A stretch of 64,000 nt of DNA from Octopus bimaculoides (lineage: Eukaryota). Positions 23,750 to 36,711 of the stretch are shown piece after piece (position 1 is the stretch's first letter; each line of letters begins with the position of its first letter). Below the pieces are notes generated by a model. It ran no database searches and was not told where the DNA came from. It worked only from the letters and a program-made list of their open reading frames with translations. A program made the translations under genes and the position numbers. Location of the stretch: the NCBI RefSeq assembly GCF_001194135.2, contig NC_068981.1, forward strand, positions 189,530,985-189,594,984, read 5' to 3'.

Positions 23750-24110
23750 ACGGGAAGTGGTGGCGTTGTTCCTGTCGCTTCACTATAGATTGTTTACATG
23801 AAATTACCTGATTTCACGGTTGTCACTTCCAGTTAATTTCCTTTCGCTTTTTTTAAGCCTCTAAACTGCATATTAACCAATTCTTGTATATTTATATTCT
23901 TATTGTGTGTTATATTTATGTTGCTGAGTGTTAGTGTTGTAGTTTTTGTTCTTTGGTATTGTTTGTAAGAACATGACGAATTTGGTTGGTCTTAATAATG
24001 TAGAACTGTGTTCCTAGATAATTATCTTATGATTAGGACAATTGTGCAACTGTACTGGAAACTGAAACCGAAAGTAACTGACGTGCGATCTAAATACAAG
24101 GCTGACGTTT
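23750..24110. promoter_or_regulatory. Putative promoter/enhancer motif cluster
   Basis: ETS-like CGGGAAGTG (23751) and CACTTCC (~23824), TGTTTAC (~23791), GAAACTGAAACCGAAAGT (24058-24075), TGACGT (24079, 24103), in non-repetitive DNA. Motif matches only. Confidence 0.3.
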
Positions 24111-24594
24111 ATTTTATAGAGGAGATAGAAAACCATTGAGATGTCGCTGAAATAGTGAAAAATCAAACGACCTCTTGTGATATCCTGTTTAAGAAAAATA
24201 CAGTTTCTAGGTGTGTTGATACCATAATTTTGGTTACTAGAATATTTTACGATATTCGTGAGAATGTTTTCTTGCAGACACTGTTATTAGAAAACTAATG
24301 TAAACTGAAGTATCTAATTGGTATATTATCTGAATAATGTTACGAAATTCATACTGAGGGTGATAAGTGATTTAAGAATTGATATTTTAAGGGTCATTTC
24401 CTCAGATTAAAACATGTCAAATATCTAGAATGACAAATTATAATGTAAACGATACATACATACATACATTCATAAAATCGTGTAAATCATACTTAATTCG
24501 TCCAATTGTACACGAACGTGTAAAATATGACTGGACATGATTATATTTTATTCAACCCTGCTTCATATGACTCTAATTATTTAATTCCAGCTTC

Positions 24595-24965
24595 ACCAAG
24601 CTCCAATCTGATCTAGCAAGGTTTCTACAGCTAGATGCCCTTCCTAACGCCAGCCACACCGAGAGTGTGGTGGGTGCTTTTTACATGCCAGTCAGGCGGC
24701 ACTGGCATCGATCACGCTCGAATGGTGCTTTTATGAGCCACCGGCACGGGTGCAGATCAGGCGGCACTGGCATCGGTCACGACTACGATTTCGCTTGGCT
24801 CAACAGGTCTTCTCAAGCACAGCATATTACCCGACGATTGAAGGGTACTTTTAAACGGGCCGGTTATGCGGCACTCGCACCCTCTACGGCTACGGCTCAC
24901 TAGACTTGCCTGGTCTTTTCAATCACAGCATATCTCCAAAGGTCTCGGTCACTTGTCATTGCCTT
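24595..24965 (-). mobile_element. SINE-like element with internal tandem units and RTE-type 3' region
   Basis: TTCTACAGCTAGATGCCCTTCCTAACGCC and GAGACCTTTG..ATATGCTGTG segments shared with 46815-47400 (+) and 59700-60210 (-); tail-only copies at 38672-38832, ~51590-51750, 63435-63542. Confidence 0.75.
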
Positions 24966-25344
24966 ATATTATATTATAGCAATATATTATAATCGGTTGC
25001 CCATGATGAACTATCACACAGACTCCTCATCATCCTATGGACACTCTCAGAAAAGAAAGACTTATTCCTGATACTGCTATCCCATGCAGTTTTTATTTTC
25101 CACTTCCAGCAAGATTATTTACAAATCAGATGCAAAGAATACATGATAGTTTCGACAATAAAATGCATATTCTCTTCTCTTCGCTAGCTACTTAACAAAC
25201 CAGTAAAGACTTCTTTAATGGATAAAACAAAACACTGCCGGACAAAATAATAGAGATAACAAAAACTACTCGCTTTCAATTAAACTAACTGAATTCCGTT
25301 TGCCACAACTTTCAGCTTGCACTTTCATGTTTTGCTTTATTCTA

Positions 25345-25471
25345 CAGGGTGTCCACAAAGTCTGGGTACATGGAGTAAATAAAATCATAACATAAACAAT
25401 TAAATATAAGAAATAATAATTTCTTAAAGTATGTGTTAATCCCCGTGTACTCAGACTTTGTGGACACCTTG
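25345..25471. mobile_element. Tc1/mariner-type MITE (127 bp)
   Basis: 26-bp TIRs CAGGGTGTCCACAAAGTCTGGGTACA / TGTACTCAGACTTTGTGGACACCTTG (2 mismatches), TA on both sides (25343-44, 25472-73). Confidence 0.9.
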
Positions 25472-27559
25472 TATATAGACTCCTCCACTCACGATGGTTC
25501 TTAGAATGGTTGGGTCACTCCATTCGTGTCTCTCCCTTTTCCTTAACACAAATTAATTTACAATGGTTATTGTTGTTGGCACTCCGTCGCTTACGACGTC
25601 GAGGGTTCCAGTTGATCCGATCAACGGAACAGCCTGCTCGTGAAATAAACGTGCAAGTGGCTGAGCACTCCACAGACACGTGTACCCTTAACGTAGTTCT
25701 CGGGGATAATCAGCGTGGCACAGTGTAACAAGGCTGACCCTTTGAATTACAGGCACAACAAGGAAGTAAGAGTGAGAGAAAGTTGTGGTGAAAGAGTACA
25801 GCAGGGTTCGCCACCATCCCCTGCCGGAGCCTCGTGGAGCTTTAGGTGTTTTCGCTCAATAAACACTCACAACGCCCGGTCTGGGAATCGAAACCGCGAT
25901 CCTACGACCGCGTGTCCACTGCCCTAACCACTGGGCCATTGCGCCTCCATACAATGGTTATAACGTAGCGTAAAGGATGGGAAGAAATGCATTGATGGCA
26001 TCTCAACTTCTCAAACTGAGAACTTGATGTGGGTGTTGAAAAAGAAAGGAACACGAAGTGATGCGAGGAAAGAAGCTGGGATATTCTAGTCATTAAAGTG
26101 TATTATTATATTCTTGGTCAAAAATGGTGGGCTGGCAGAAACGTTAGTACGCCCGGCGAAATGCTTAGCGGTATTTCGTCTGCCGTTACGTTCTGAGTTC
26201 AAATTCCACCGAGGTCGACTTTTCCTTTCATGCTTTCAGGGTCGATTAAATAAGTATCAGTTACGCACTGGAGTCGTTGTAATTGACTTTATCCCTTTGT
26301 CTGTCCTTGTTTGTCCCCTGTATGTTTAGCCCCTTCAGGGCAATAAAGAAATAAGAAACATTAGCACACCAGGAGAAATGCTTAGCAGTATTTTGTCTGC
26401 CTTTATACTCTGAGTTCAAATTCTGCCGAGGTCGACTTTGCCTTTCATCCTTTCGGGGTCGATAAACTAAGTACCAGTTGCGTACTAGGGTCGATCTAAT
26501 TTTGGGCCTTGTGCCTAGAGTAGAAAAGATTATATTCTTAGTCATTAAACTATTTAAGATCAATATAGGAAGTGTATAATGGAATTCTAAATAATACAAG
26601 AGAGAGAGAGAGAGAGAGAGAGATTGACAGATATGTAGAGAGATAGAAGACAGACAGGCAGATAGAGATATAAAAAGAAAGCTACAGAATAACGCGATAG
26701 GGGGAGATAGAGATAGACAGAGAGAAAGAGAGGAGAGAGAAAGAATAAGAGAAAGAAAGAGCAAGCATTACTTACAGTGTAATCCAAGCCTTTAAGAAAG
26801 CTGTAGTGTCAACATAAAACAGCTAAAATCCATTGGAGCTACCGAATAACTAATGGAATTTAATGAAAAAGACTACAATTAAACAGGGGATTAGTTTTTT
26901 TATGCTGCACCAGATGCAAAGGGATTTGCATAATATGTCACAAGATACAATGTGAGGTCTGTAAGATGTTAACACCAGCTTCAAGTAACGTCGGTACAGA
27001 GTGAATATGGCAGGAACTTTTAAAAAAATAGGTCTGTAGAACAGTGAAATGAAGAATGGCACTAGTATTGTGCAGAGTTGATTCAAATGATACCATAGGT
27101 TTCATATAAATATTGCAGGATAGATGTGAAAACTGAAGAATCCGAAAAAGCCTGACGCTAAGTTATTATGTGCATGTATTTCTATTTGTGCCAATGTATA
27201 TGCGGTGCAATATATAAAACAAAGAGTGATGGAATGCCAGAGTAATCCATCTGAGAAGAAAAAGGAAACAAGTGAAAAAAAATTGCAAAATGCAGACCAT
27301 CAAGAAATACTTGTCGATAATAGTAAAAAAGTTACAATCATTAACAGAACAATTTAATAAGAGAATGAAAATTGTGCAACTGCTAATGCCAATCAATGAA
27401 ATGTGAGAAGAGAGAGGAACCTACCAAACACAGTTTACTGAGATAAATCTGAGTAAATACGGCTGTCAGTGGGATTGACACACAGGGTTTAGCTGTGGAA
27501 GAAGGTTATCTCTCCATCTTTAGATGCAGAAAGACACACATGCGCACACGTATGCACGC

Positions 27560-27922
27560 ACATACCCAAACACACACACAGAAACACACACACACAGTGG
27601 TACACACACAGTAGTACACACACACACAGTGGTACACACATACACACACACACACACATAGAGGCTCCTGCACCCACCCACATAGAGAGGCCCACACACA
27701 CGCACACACAAGCACACGCACACATACAGAAGCACGCACACACACACACATAGAGGCTCACGCACCCACCGACACAGAGAGGCACAGATACACGCACACG
27801 CAGGCACACGCACACATATAGAAGCACACACACGCACATACACATAGAGGCTCACGTACCCACCGACACAGAGAGGCACAGACACAGACACACACACATA
27901 CACACACATAGAGGCACACATA
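27560..27922. repeat. (CA)n-based minisatellite with recurring TAGAGGCTC..CACCCACC..GAGAGGC unit
   Basis: At least three degenerate units visible before the gap. Confidence 0.8.
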
Positions 27923-28102
27923 NNNNNNNNNNNNNNNNNNNNNNNNNNNNNNNNNNNNNNNNNNNNNNNNNNNNNNNNNNNNNNNNNNNNNNNNNNNNNN
28001 NNNNNNNNNNNNNNNNNNNNNNNNNNNNNNNNNNNNNNNNNNNNNNNNNNNNNNNNNNNNNNNNNNNNNNNNNNNNNNNNNNNNNNNNNNNNNNNNNNNN
28101 NN

Positions 28103-28173
<71 letters not shown>

Positions 28174-29964
28174 TAAACGCACACACCACGCTAGGGGCTT
28201 CCTTACATTTCAGTCTACCAAATTTCCTCACATTGTTCGGTCCTAGCTTTTGTAGAAAACTCGAGGTGCCATGTAATAAGACTGAACTCAAAACCACATG
28301 GTGTGTTTAAGAAGCTCGCTTCTTAATCACACACAGCAGAACCATGTACAAACTTTAATTCGCAAAGTTTGAATAAATCTAGCTGGATGGCTACATAGTG
28401 GATTGCTAGTGAATTACAGCATGGAAGATTGGCGCAGTTAAGCACCAACATAAACAGAGTCAACAATATGTCACAGCATACATTTGGCATGAGAGATGGG
28501 TGGGGGAGAAGGAGAGAGAGTGTGTAAAGGAGGGAGAGAAAGAGAAAGATGGATTGTGAGAGAATGTCTTAATTATGGAACCAAATGGTTTGGCTGTTAC
28601 AGGCATGAAGATGAACTCTTATGAAAGGTTACATATGATTTTCATTGTCTGTAAATGTGTATGGAATCTTCTTGTGAGACTCAGACAGAGTAATACAAGT
28701 GTATGAATTCGTCGCCAGAGAAATTGTCATAAGTTTGTGTGTAATAAAATAAGGTGGTGTGAAAGAGACAGAAAGTGTGTGGGTGAGTAAAAGAATGCTT
28801 CAGCACAAAGCCATGCAGCGTAGGTGCTGCAGGCAAAAGAAAATATACGAAGAAATGTCAAAAATAAGCTTATTTTATAATCTTTAATAGACGCCAAAAA
28901 GCTGTTCAAAGAATTACGAGTGCATCAAAAGTAAACTGTCTAATTAGTTGAAAATAGCCATAAGAACAGTCATGTAACATGCTTCTGAAATGGTGACTTT
29001 CTGCTACGACCATTTAGGCGAGATCATGTGACCCTTACTGGTGAGCCAAAACTGAAATATTAAATTTGACACAGCCAGAGACAATTATAATGCTATAATG
29101 AATGTATATATGCCTGTCTGTCTGTCTCTGTGAGAATGAGAGACACACTAAGTGTGAGTAGGGGAGATAGACAGAGTAAGGGTTACGCTACACATGCAAA
29201 CCTTGGTTATTTTGACCCTGATTATAATCATTTCTCTATGTTCGGTTATAAAGTGAAAATATTCAACAAATCCTGAGTTTTAACGAATGCTGATCATCAG
29301 TAACTCCAATTAGCAAAAATCAATCTTGCATGCTATGCAGAATCAAGAAAAAAAGAAAAAAAGAAAAGAGAAAAGAAGAAACTTAACACTGGCACTCCAT
29401 AACTTGCGACTACGAGTGTTCCGATCAACAGAACGGCCTGCTGACGAAATTAATGTGCAAGTGAATGAGTACTCCTCAGATAGGCGTATCCTTAGCATAG
29501 AACTCAGGAAGATTCATCTTGACATTGCATGTAACAAGGCTGGCCGTTTGAATTACAGATTCTACTCATTTTCGCTCGCCGAGTAGAGTAACGTGAAATA
29601 AAGTAGGTAAGTATTACCTTGCTTGGAAACAAGTGAGGATTGGCAACAAGAAAAGCATTCAGCTGTTTGCCTCTTCGAATTATGTCTGACTCATGCAAAC
29701 ACAAAAAAAGGTGGACGTCAAATGAAGATTATGGTGTTGTACTACTGGATAGACCGACTTAGTCATCCATTCCAGCGTTTGTATTTTACTTCAAAATTAC
29801 ACTGCAAAGAATTGGCGTTCTTTGAAATAACACGTTAGCGAGAAATTGTTTGTTAATCACTTCTTTCATCTTACTGAGTCCTTTAGCTGTTTCCTAATTT
29901 AATTATTAATTCATATATGCTCTGTTTTCTCTATTTTCAGTATCTGTTCACTCACCTAAGAAGT

Positions 29965-30365
29965 TCATTTTATAGCGCCTTGATCTGGGGTTCAGTCCCA
30001 CTTCATGGCTTCCTGTGCCACCTGAAGGTTTGTGAATGGATTTAGCATAAGAAAACTGAAAGAAGCTCATCGTATACAAATGTGTGTCTATGTCTATGTG
30101 ATGCCTAAGTGTCTGCGTGTGAGTTTGTGTTTCCATGTCTTGACATTGTGTAAATAGTTGTACAATGAGTGTCATAGTCTCGCACAAGCGTTGTCTTTCA
30201 TTTCCAGTTTTCCATCTGGCCAGGGGGAAATGCTGCCTCGTTTGGAAACATATGAGGTCTGAGGACAAAAAGATCGTCTGGCCATAGAAAAAGAATTCTC
30301 TCTGACCCATACAAACATAGGAAAGTGGACGTTAAAACGATAATGACGACGATAACAAGAACAAC
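29965..30365 (+). mobile_element. SINE with the 4976-type head but a different body and an RTE-type tail
   Basis: GGGTTCAGTCCCAC..TTGTGAATGGATTT..AACTGAAAGAAGCTCATCGTATA head; ends GGAAAGTGGACGTTAAAACGATAATGACG. Confidence 0.65.
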
Positions 30366-31996
30366 AACAACAAGAGTAAAGTAAATGCTCTTATTTATTT
30401 CTAACCTTTTGACCACCCAATAATAAAACAGTTTGATTACTTAATTGTTGGTTAATTAGATTTGCTTGTCTTTTGAAGCTAGCGATTTATGTTGCCGAAA
30501 TGATTATAAGTTAAACTAATTAAACGAAATAATTATGTACTGTGAAGTAAAATGTTTAATCTTAGAGCTCAGAAACTAATGAGAAATGATTCTATCTCCT
30601 GACTTAGTTGTATTAAAATAAAAAAATAAAACATTTCATAGTAATTCTAAAAGAAAATAAACTTCTGAAACCAGCCAGACAATGTTTATGTTAATATCAA
30701 TTAGTCAAGAATATATTACATTTTATCGGGTAAAAAAAGAAGTTTGGATACTTTTCTGAGTGCATTTATGCGATGTTTTTGAAATGTAGCAAAAAGAAAT
30801 AAAAATTCATATGATTTCAAATGTTACAAAACAGCATAAGTCGATAGTTGTGTTACGTAGAGAGAAAAGTGCTTAGACTAGAACAATTATAGAGAAAAAA
30901 GTTTATACAGCTTCTTTACGTATGTTATTTGCATTGTTAATTATTCAGCAGTGAATATAGGTATACGCATATCAGAGTGCATAGGCAATAATTTATTATT
31001 TCAGATCTGGCCGTCACGTGAACAGTATGCTTCGGCTGAAGTGGTCTAATGAAAGAAACTGAAACATGTTTAGAATTGTCACTGTGTTTGCCAAAGACCA
31101 CATTTATTTTTTTCCTCTCACCACAGGCCAATTACCAATTTTAATTTATTTCAGTGTAGCCAACTTAAGACCTTTTTTGTGATAAGAAATTGTCTCCCCT
31201 GCCTATCTTGGGTAGATTGAAACATTAATCGAGAGTTAATATCTGCTTAATAGAATTAAGATTTTCATAAAGTATTCTACTTCGCCACGTAGAAAATAGC
31301 TCAGGTGACTGATTGAATTAAAACGGTGAGGTTATTTACAAATGATGGTTTCAACATTTGGCACACAGTCACTAACCTTGAGGAGATATTAGTCAATTCC
31401 ATTGACCCCAGTATTTGACTACTACTATATTTCTCGACCCTGGAGGGGACCGATAAAACAAAGTGCCATAAAGGTAAAGTCGGAACATAACAAGCCGGAA
31501 GAAATAACTTCGAACATTATATCCGATACTCTGCTAAGTCTACCAACTCGCCGCCTTATATATAATATTAGACAAAATATTCTTCAGTTACCAACAGCTA
31601 ATAATCTGCTGCAAAGCCCAGGGAGGGAGAGACGGAACGATGTGGTAGTACTCCCACATCAGGATTGGTATTGCTCATCCATGCATCCAAATATCCTCGA
31701 CAATACCCAAAGAATAGTCACGTGACAACTTGACATAACGTCAGTCCCTCACAAACACTCACATGTGTGATGCCAACTCTCCTCTTCTGTTGCTACTCAG
31801 TGGCCTCAGTTCCTCAGACATGACTGATCATGTGTCCCATCACTCATTTCTCCTCTTCTCATCACTTATAGTGTTTACCCCCTTAGCCTTAAAAGGTTAT
31901 AATTATGAAATTTGTGTTTTTATACCCAAAAGCTCTTAACATCACTTCAAACATGTGCAAACTTTAAAAATATAATATGCCTTCGCATACCCATCA

Positions 31997-32125
31997 GAAG
32001 AATTAATTCATATCATAAGCTGCAGCTGTATCAAAAATTATATTGGCCAAATCCGAATGTCAAAGAGAAAATGGATGACAGTTCACCCAACAACAAATAC
32101 GTCATCCAAGCCCCGTACAAAAATT
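31997..32125 (+). mobile_element. Penelope-like element GIY-YIG endonuclease remnant
   Basis: EELIHIISCSCIKNYIGQIRMSKRKWMTVH, then (+1 shift) QQQIRHP, resembling the PLE pattern IY.I.C..C...YIGQT...LR.RMTVHRQQIRDP. Confidence 0.6.
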
Positions 32126-32993
32126 CGATTCAGTATATAGATAGATGAGCAGAAACAAAGAATCGATAAGAAACTTTTTTTACTGAAAAATATAAAATAA
32201 GTTTAAATCGATAACCAATTACTGACGTTTATTGTTAATTAATTTGTCAATACTTATAGAATGCATTTTTTTTTGTCATTAAAGTCCTCAAATACACACT
32301 CTTTCATAATTTTGGGTTTTTTACGGCTGGATGCTCTTCCTAACACCAGTCACCCGGCAGAATAGATTGAGTGCTATTTACATGGCACAAGCACAGGCGA
32401 GGTCAGTTTTGGCAAGGTTTCTACAGCTGGATGCGCTTCCAAACGTCAACCACTTTACAGTGTGGACTGGATACATACATACATACATACATGCATACAT
32501 ATATACATATACATATACATATATATATACATATANNNNNNNNNNNNNNNNNNNNNNNNNNNNNNNNNNNNNNNNNNNNNNNNNNNNNNNNNNNNNNNNN
32601 NNNNNNNNNNNNNNNNNNNNNNNNNNNNNNNNNNNNNNNNNNNNNNNNNNNNNNNNNNNNNNNNNNNNNNNNNNNNNNNNNNNNNNNNNNNNNNNNNNNN
32701 NNNNNNNNNNNNNNNNNNNNNNNNNNNNNNNNNNNNNNNNNNNNNNNNNNNNNNNNNNNNNNNNNNNNNNNNNNNNNNNNNNNNNNNNNNNNNNNNNNNN
32801 NNNNNNNNNNNNNNNNNNNNNNNNNNNNNNNNNNNNNNNNNNNNNNNNNNNNNNNNNNNNNNNNNNNNNNNNNNNNNNNNNNNNNNNNNNNNNNNNNNNN
32901 NNNNNNNNNNNNNNNNNNNNNNNNNNNNNNNNNNNNNNNNNNNNNNNNNNNNNNNNNNNNNNNNNNNNNNNNNNNNNNNNNNNNNNNNNNNNN

Positions 32994-33025
<32 letters not shown>

Positions 33026-33380
33026 ATGAACGTATTTCGTATATATAGATAGATGTACGACTATTATTGCATGAGTAAGAGCTCCACGTAGATTATCATT
33101 ATCCATTTGGTCTCTAGTGTAGTGCTTAGTTGACCACTGAATATAGCAGTTTTACTCGTTGTGATCTACAGAGAATTCGTGGGAGAAATTAAGATAAGCA
33201 TCAGCATAAGTATTTGGTTCCAATGTACGTTTCGTCGCAAAGTCGACCTCGGTGGAATTTGAAATCAGAACGTAAAGACAGACGAAATACTGCTAAGCAT
33301 TTCACCCGGCGTGCCCACGCTTCTGCCAGCTCGCCACCTTATATATGCGTGTATATGTATATACAAACACAGACAGACAG

Positions 33381-33466
<86 letters not shown>

Positions 33467-33873
33467 ATTTATATACATATACATACATACACATATGTAC
33501 ATGCAAACATACTCAAGCACTAGCCTACACTACAATACATCAACACTTGCACATTTCTGCACGCAAACACACACAACAGTCCCCCGCTTTTCCTTTCTTC
33601 CAGATATAAATACTTCCATCTTCATCTATACAACTGCATATTTGCGTCTTCCTCTCATCTTAATTATAAGCCTCCCATAGAAAACCATTCACTATTTCTC
33701 TTTTCCACAGTGTCTGCATTTCTCTTTTTATTTTGACAAAGCTCAAATGTCCAAAATGTAAAAGAAACACTCTCTATCCATTAAAGAGTTAAGCTAAATA
33801 TTTATTAATAGTGGTTTCTCCAGCATTGCTCTTGTTTTTTAAATGGTCATTGTATTTTGCACTACACACAAAC

Positions 33874-33934
<61 letters not shown>

Positions 33935-34465
33935 CTGTTTACTTTGATCAATCACTCAATCAATCAACAGATCAAATTCAATATCTATTGTATGAAGAGG
34001 CTGTGGGTACACAGTGAGAGACACAATCCCCAGCCTCATCTTCCCTGGTTTTCGACGAAATATTAATATATGCCCACAAGTATTTATGACATATAAACAT
34101 TCAAACACATTAACANNNNNNNNNNNNNNNNNNNNNNNNNNNNNNNNNNNNNNNNNNNNNNNNNNNNNNNNNNNNNNNNNNNNNNNNNNNNNNNNNNNNN
34201 NNNNNNNNNNNNNNNNNNNNNNNNNNNNNNNNNNNNNNNNNNNNNNNNNNNNNNNNNNNNNNNNNNNNNNNNNNNNNNNNNNNNNNNNNNNNNNNNNNNN
34301 NNNNNNNNNNNNNNNNNNNNNNNNNNNNNNNNNNNNNNNNNNNNNNNNNNNNNNNNNNNNNNNNNNNNNNNNNNNNNNNNNNNNNNNNNNNNNNNNNNNN
34401 NNNNNNNNNNNNNNNNNNNNNNNNNNNNNNNNNNNNNNNNNNNNNNNNNNNNNNNNNNNNNNNNN

Positions 34466-34514
<49 letters not shown>

Positions 34515-34599
34515 ACTTTTCTGTTAAACATTATATTATCAACCATTCTATAGTAAATTGTAATGGCATTTGTTCCATAAAATAATATTAGAAATTCTA

Positions 34600-34800
34600 T
34601 TTCAAGTTTTGGTTTGTGCTTCAGTCTTTGTCTTCACTCTTTTATCTTTGTATTGCATAATAAGCTTCCAATTATTGTTATACCACCTATTGATAACATT
34701 CTTTCATTCCATCGCAGTTATTGGATTTGAGTTACTTTATATCATCATTCATTTAGAATTCCTGATACATTATTATATTTTATTTGATTTCTTACATTTA
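34600..34800 (-). mobile_element. Possible decayed RTE-type AP-endonuclease N-terminus
   Basis: Minus frame YKVTQIQ*LRWNERMLSIGGITIIGS resembles the IQE.RW motif; weak. Confidence 0.3.
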
Positions 34801-35697
34801 TGAATGCCATCAGTATAGTTCTATCAGTCTGTTATGTTATGGTTCTTTAGTGCTGATTATTATGGACTTATTTTTGCTTAATCATCATTTATTCTTTTAG
34901 AGTTATGTTATCAAACATTGCTGTGTTTGTTTCTTCTGCTGCTTTTATATCATTTTCGGAATTTTATTTCTGAATGGATAAATCCTACAACATCAGATGC
35001 ATTATATTTTCTGAGATGAATTATTATTATCCTGCTTTAATTCATGAACAGTTGGGAAAGATGGACTGTGAAGCTTAAGAAAATCACTAATAGAAATATC
35101 TATGTAGGTGAAGGAATAATAAGAAGATGGGAAAGAAAGCAATGATTTTCAATTCTATGTTACAAGAAGATGAACCATTTTCTAACAGCCTCTGATTCAT
35201 CACAGAATCATAGATTATTTAATTGTTGAAGCCTATGATTTACTTAGAAGTTTCTAGGATGTTATTAATTTGTCTTGTCTCTAAGCTGGAAGATGTAAAA
35301 ATAATTTACTAAACCAAGTGGCTTTGTAAATTGTTATATATTTTGCAATAATAACCCGATCCTTCTGTTTCATTTGTGGTCATGAATTTACATTGATCAA
35401 TGTTTGAGGATAGTTAATGTTACCCAACAGAAAGAAATGTATGTTCTACTGGTTTTATATTCAAACAAACTAGATCCAGAAAATAACCATTTCTAAATCT
35501 CACAACGTGAGATATTCAGCAACAGCACTTTGTAATAAAGATTGTTTGCCAACATAACATGGCAGCCCTAGTTTAGGACTAATGTTGCCGTAATTTAGCT
35601 CCAGGAGACATCGACTCAAGCTGGCTATATGACATAATCTGTGTCCTTATATTTTCGAACAAGGGAATATAGTACCCCCACTCAGCTCAAAACAATA

Positions 35698-35742
35698 TCT
35701 GTGTATCACGATTTCTGGGTTATTTCTCTTCATCAGCACAGA
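35698..35742 (-). ncRNA. Type I hammerhead-ribozyme-like motif (canonical core, decayed stem II)
   Basis: Minus: TCTGTG CTGATGA AGAG-AAATAA-CCCA GAAA TCGTGA TA CACAGA, with a perfect 6-bp stem I, near-palindromic stem III and an AUA triplet. Confidence 0.65.
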
Positions 35743-36159
35743 ATAATCGCTTGGCTAGAGGTGGCGCTGCCAAATTCCCGCTTGAAATATATAGTTTTTA
35801 AAGTGACAACTCGTCACTGATTTATTCCAGCCCTGACTGGTATAGTAACAGTCTACTGGATTACCTGACAGTCTGGGAATTTGGTGAATTTTGTGTCAAA
35901 TCAAAGATGATGATAATTGGATATCAAAGACAAAGCAGCCAAAACAAATGGGGACAACAAACAGCTGCAGGCATCGTCTACCATTACAGTGACAGGGAAT
36001 GTGTAACACACCTCTGCTTCTTCTGATGAAAATTAAACTTCATTGTAACCGTGGTAGGAGAAGCTTTTAGCAGTTGCCTAAGGTGTTATCTTGATTCTCT
36101 AAAGAGAAGGGCTGACTTAACATCCCTTTTATACATTGACACCAAAGAATACACTAGAG

Positions 36160-36398
36160 CAGGGGTTCCCAACCATTTTGGTTCCTATTTTACTCGGGTG
36201 GCCCCATCGTAAACGTTCCATGTTTAAACAAATCCTTTCATGTTTTCAGAAGTAAATATTATCAGGTATTGTATTAAAAAAAATTGTTAAAATATTTTGC
36301 GAATTGTGGGAATATGACTGATTTATTGCCCATAACTATAAAAAAAGAAATCTTATATGGATCCCAAAGGTCACATGGATCATGGTTGAGAATCACAG
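36160..36398. mobile_element. Old hAT-type MITE
   Basis: CAGGGGTTCCCAACC ... GGTTGAGAATCACAG (11/15 inverted match); flanks CACTAGAG / CCCTATAC agree at 5/8. Confidence 0.55.
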
Positions 36399-36616
36399 CC
36401 CTATACTAGGGGTGGACCCACTGGGGGGAACTGAGAGGCACGTTCCCTCCCCACCTCAAGAAAAGAAGTGTGCCCTTCTAAATAATGTTATTATGCCCCT
36501 TTTCTCTTGGAATTATATTTCATTCTGACCTTGTGCCTGTAGCAGAGCTATATATTACATAGTAATATGTGAGGCAACCTGCACAGCAGATGAATACATC
36601 GATGAGGTGTCTTATC

Positions 36617-36711
36617 TTGTTTTGATACACTAGCCTTGCTTTGATACACTAGCCTCAATTTGAAACAGTAGCCTTGTTCTGAGACACTTGCCTTGTTCTG
36701 AGCTACACTGT
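36617..36711. repeat. 19-bp minisatellite, 5 units
   Basis: TTGTTTTGATACACTAGCC, TTGCTTTGATACACTAGCC, TCAATTTGAAACAGTAGCC, TTGTTCTGAGACACTTGCC, TTGTTCTGAGCTACACTGT. Confidence 0.85.

Noticed and set aside
26775-26825. Minus-strand mini-exon candidate (LFYVDTTAFLKAWIT) with a GTAAGT donor
   Set aside because: Weak acceptor, no partner exons, lies in a probable decayed repeat.
35755-35770. CTCF-like AGGTGGCGCT (and TAGAGGGCGC at 49081)
   Set aside because: The 5' half of the CTCF consensus is not matched; better explained as a motif of the hammerhead-bearing repeat.
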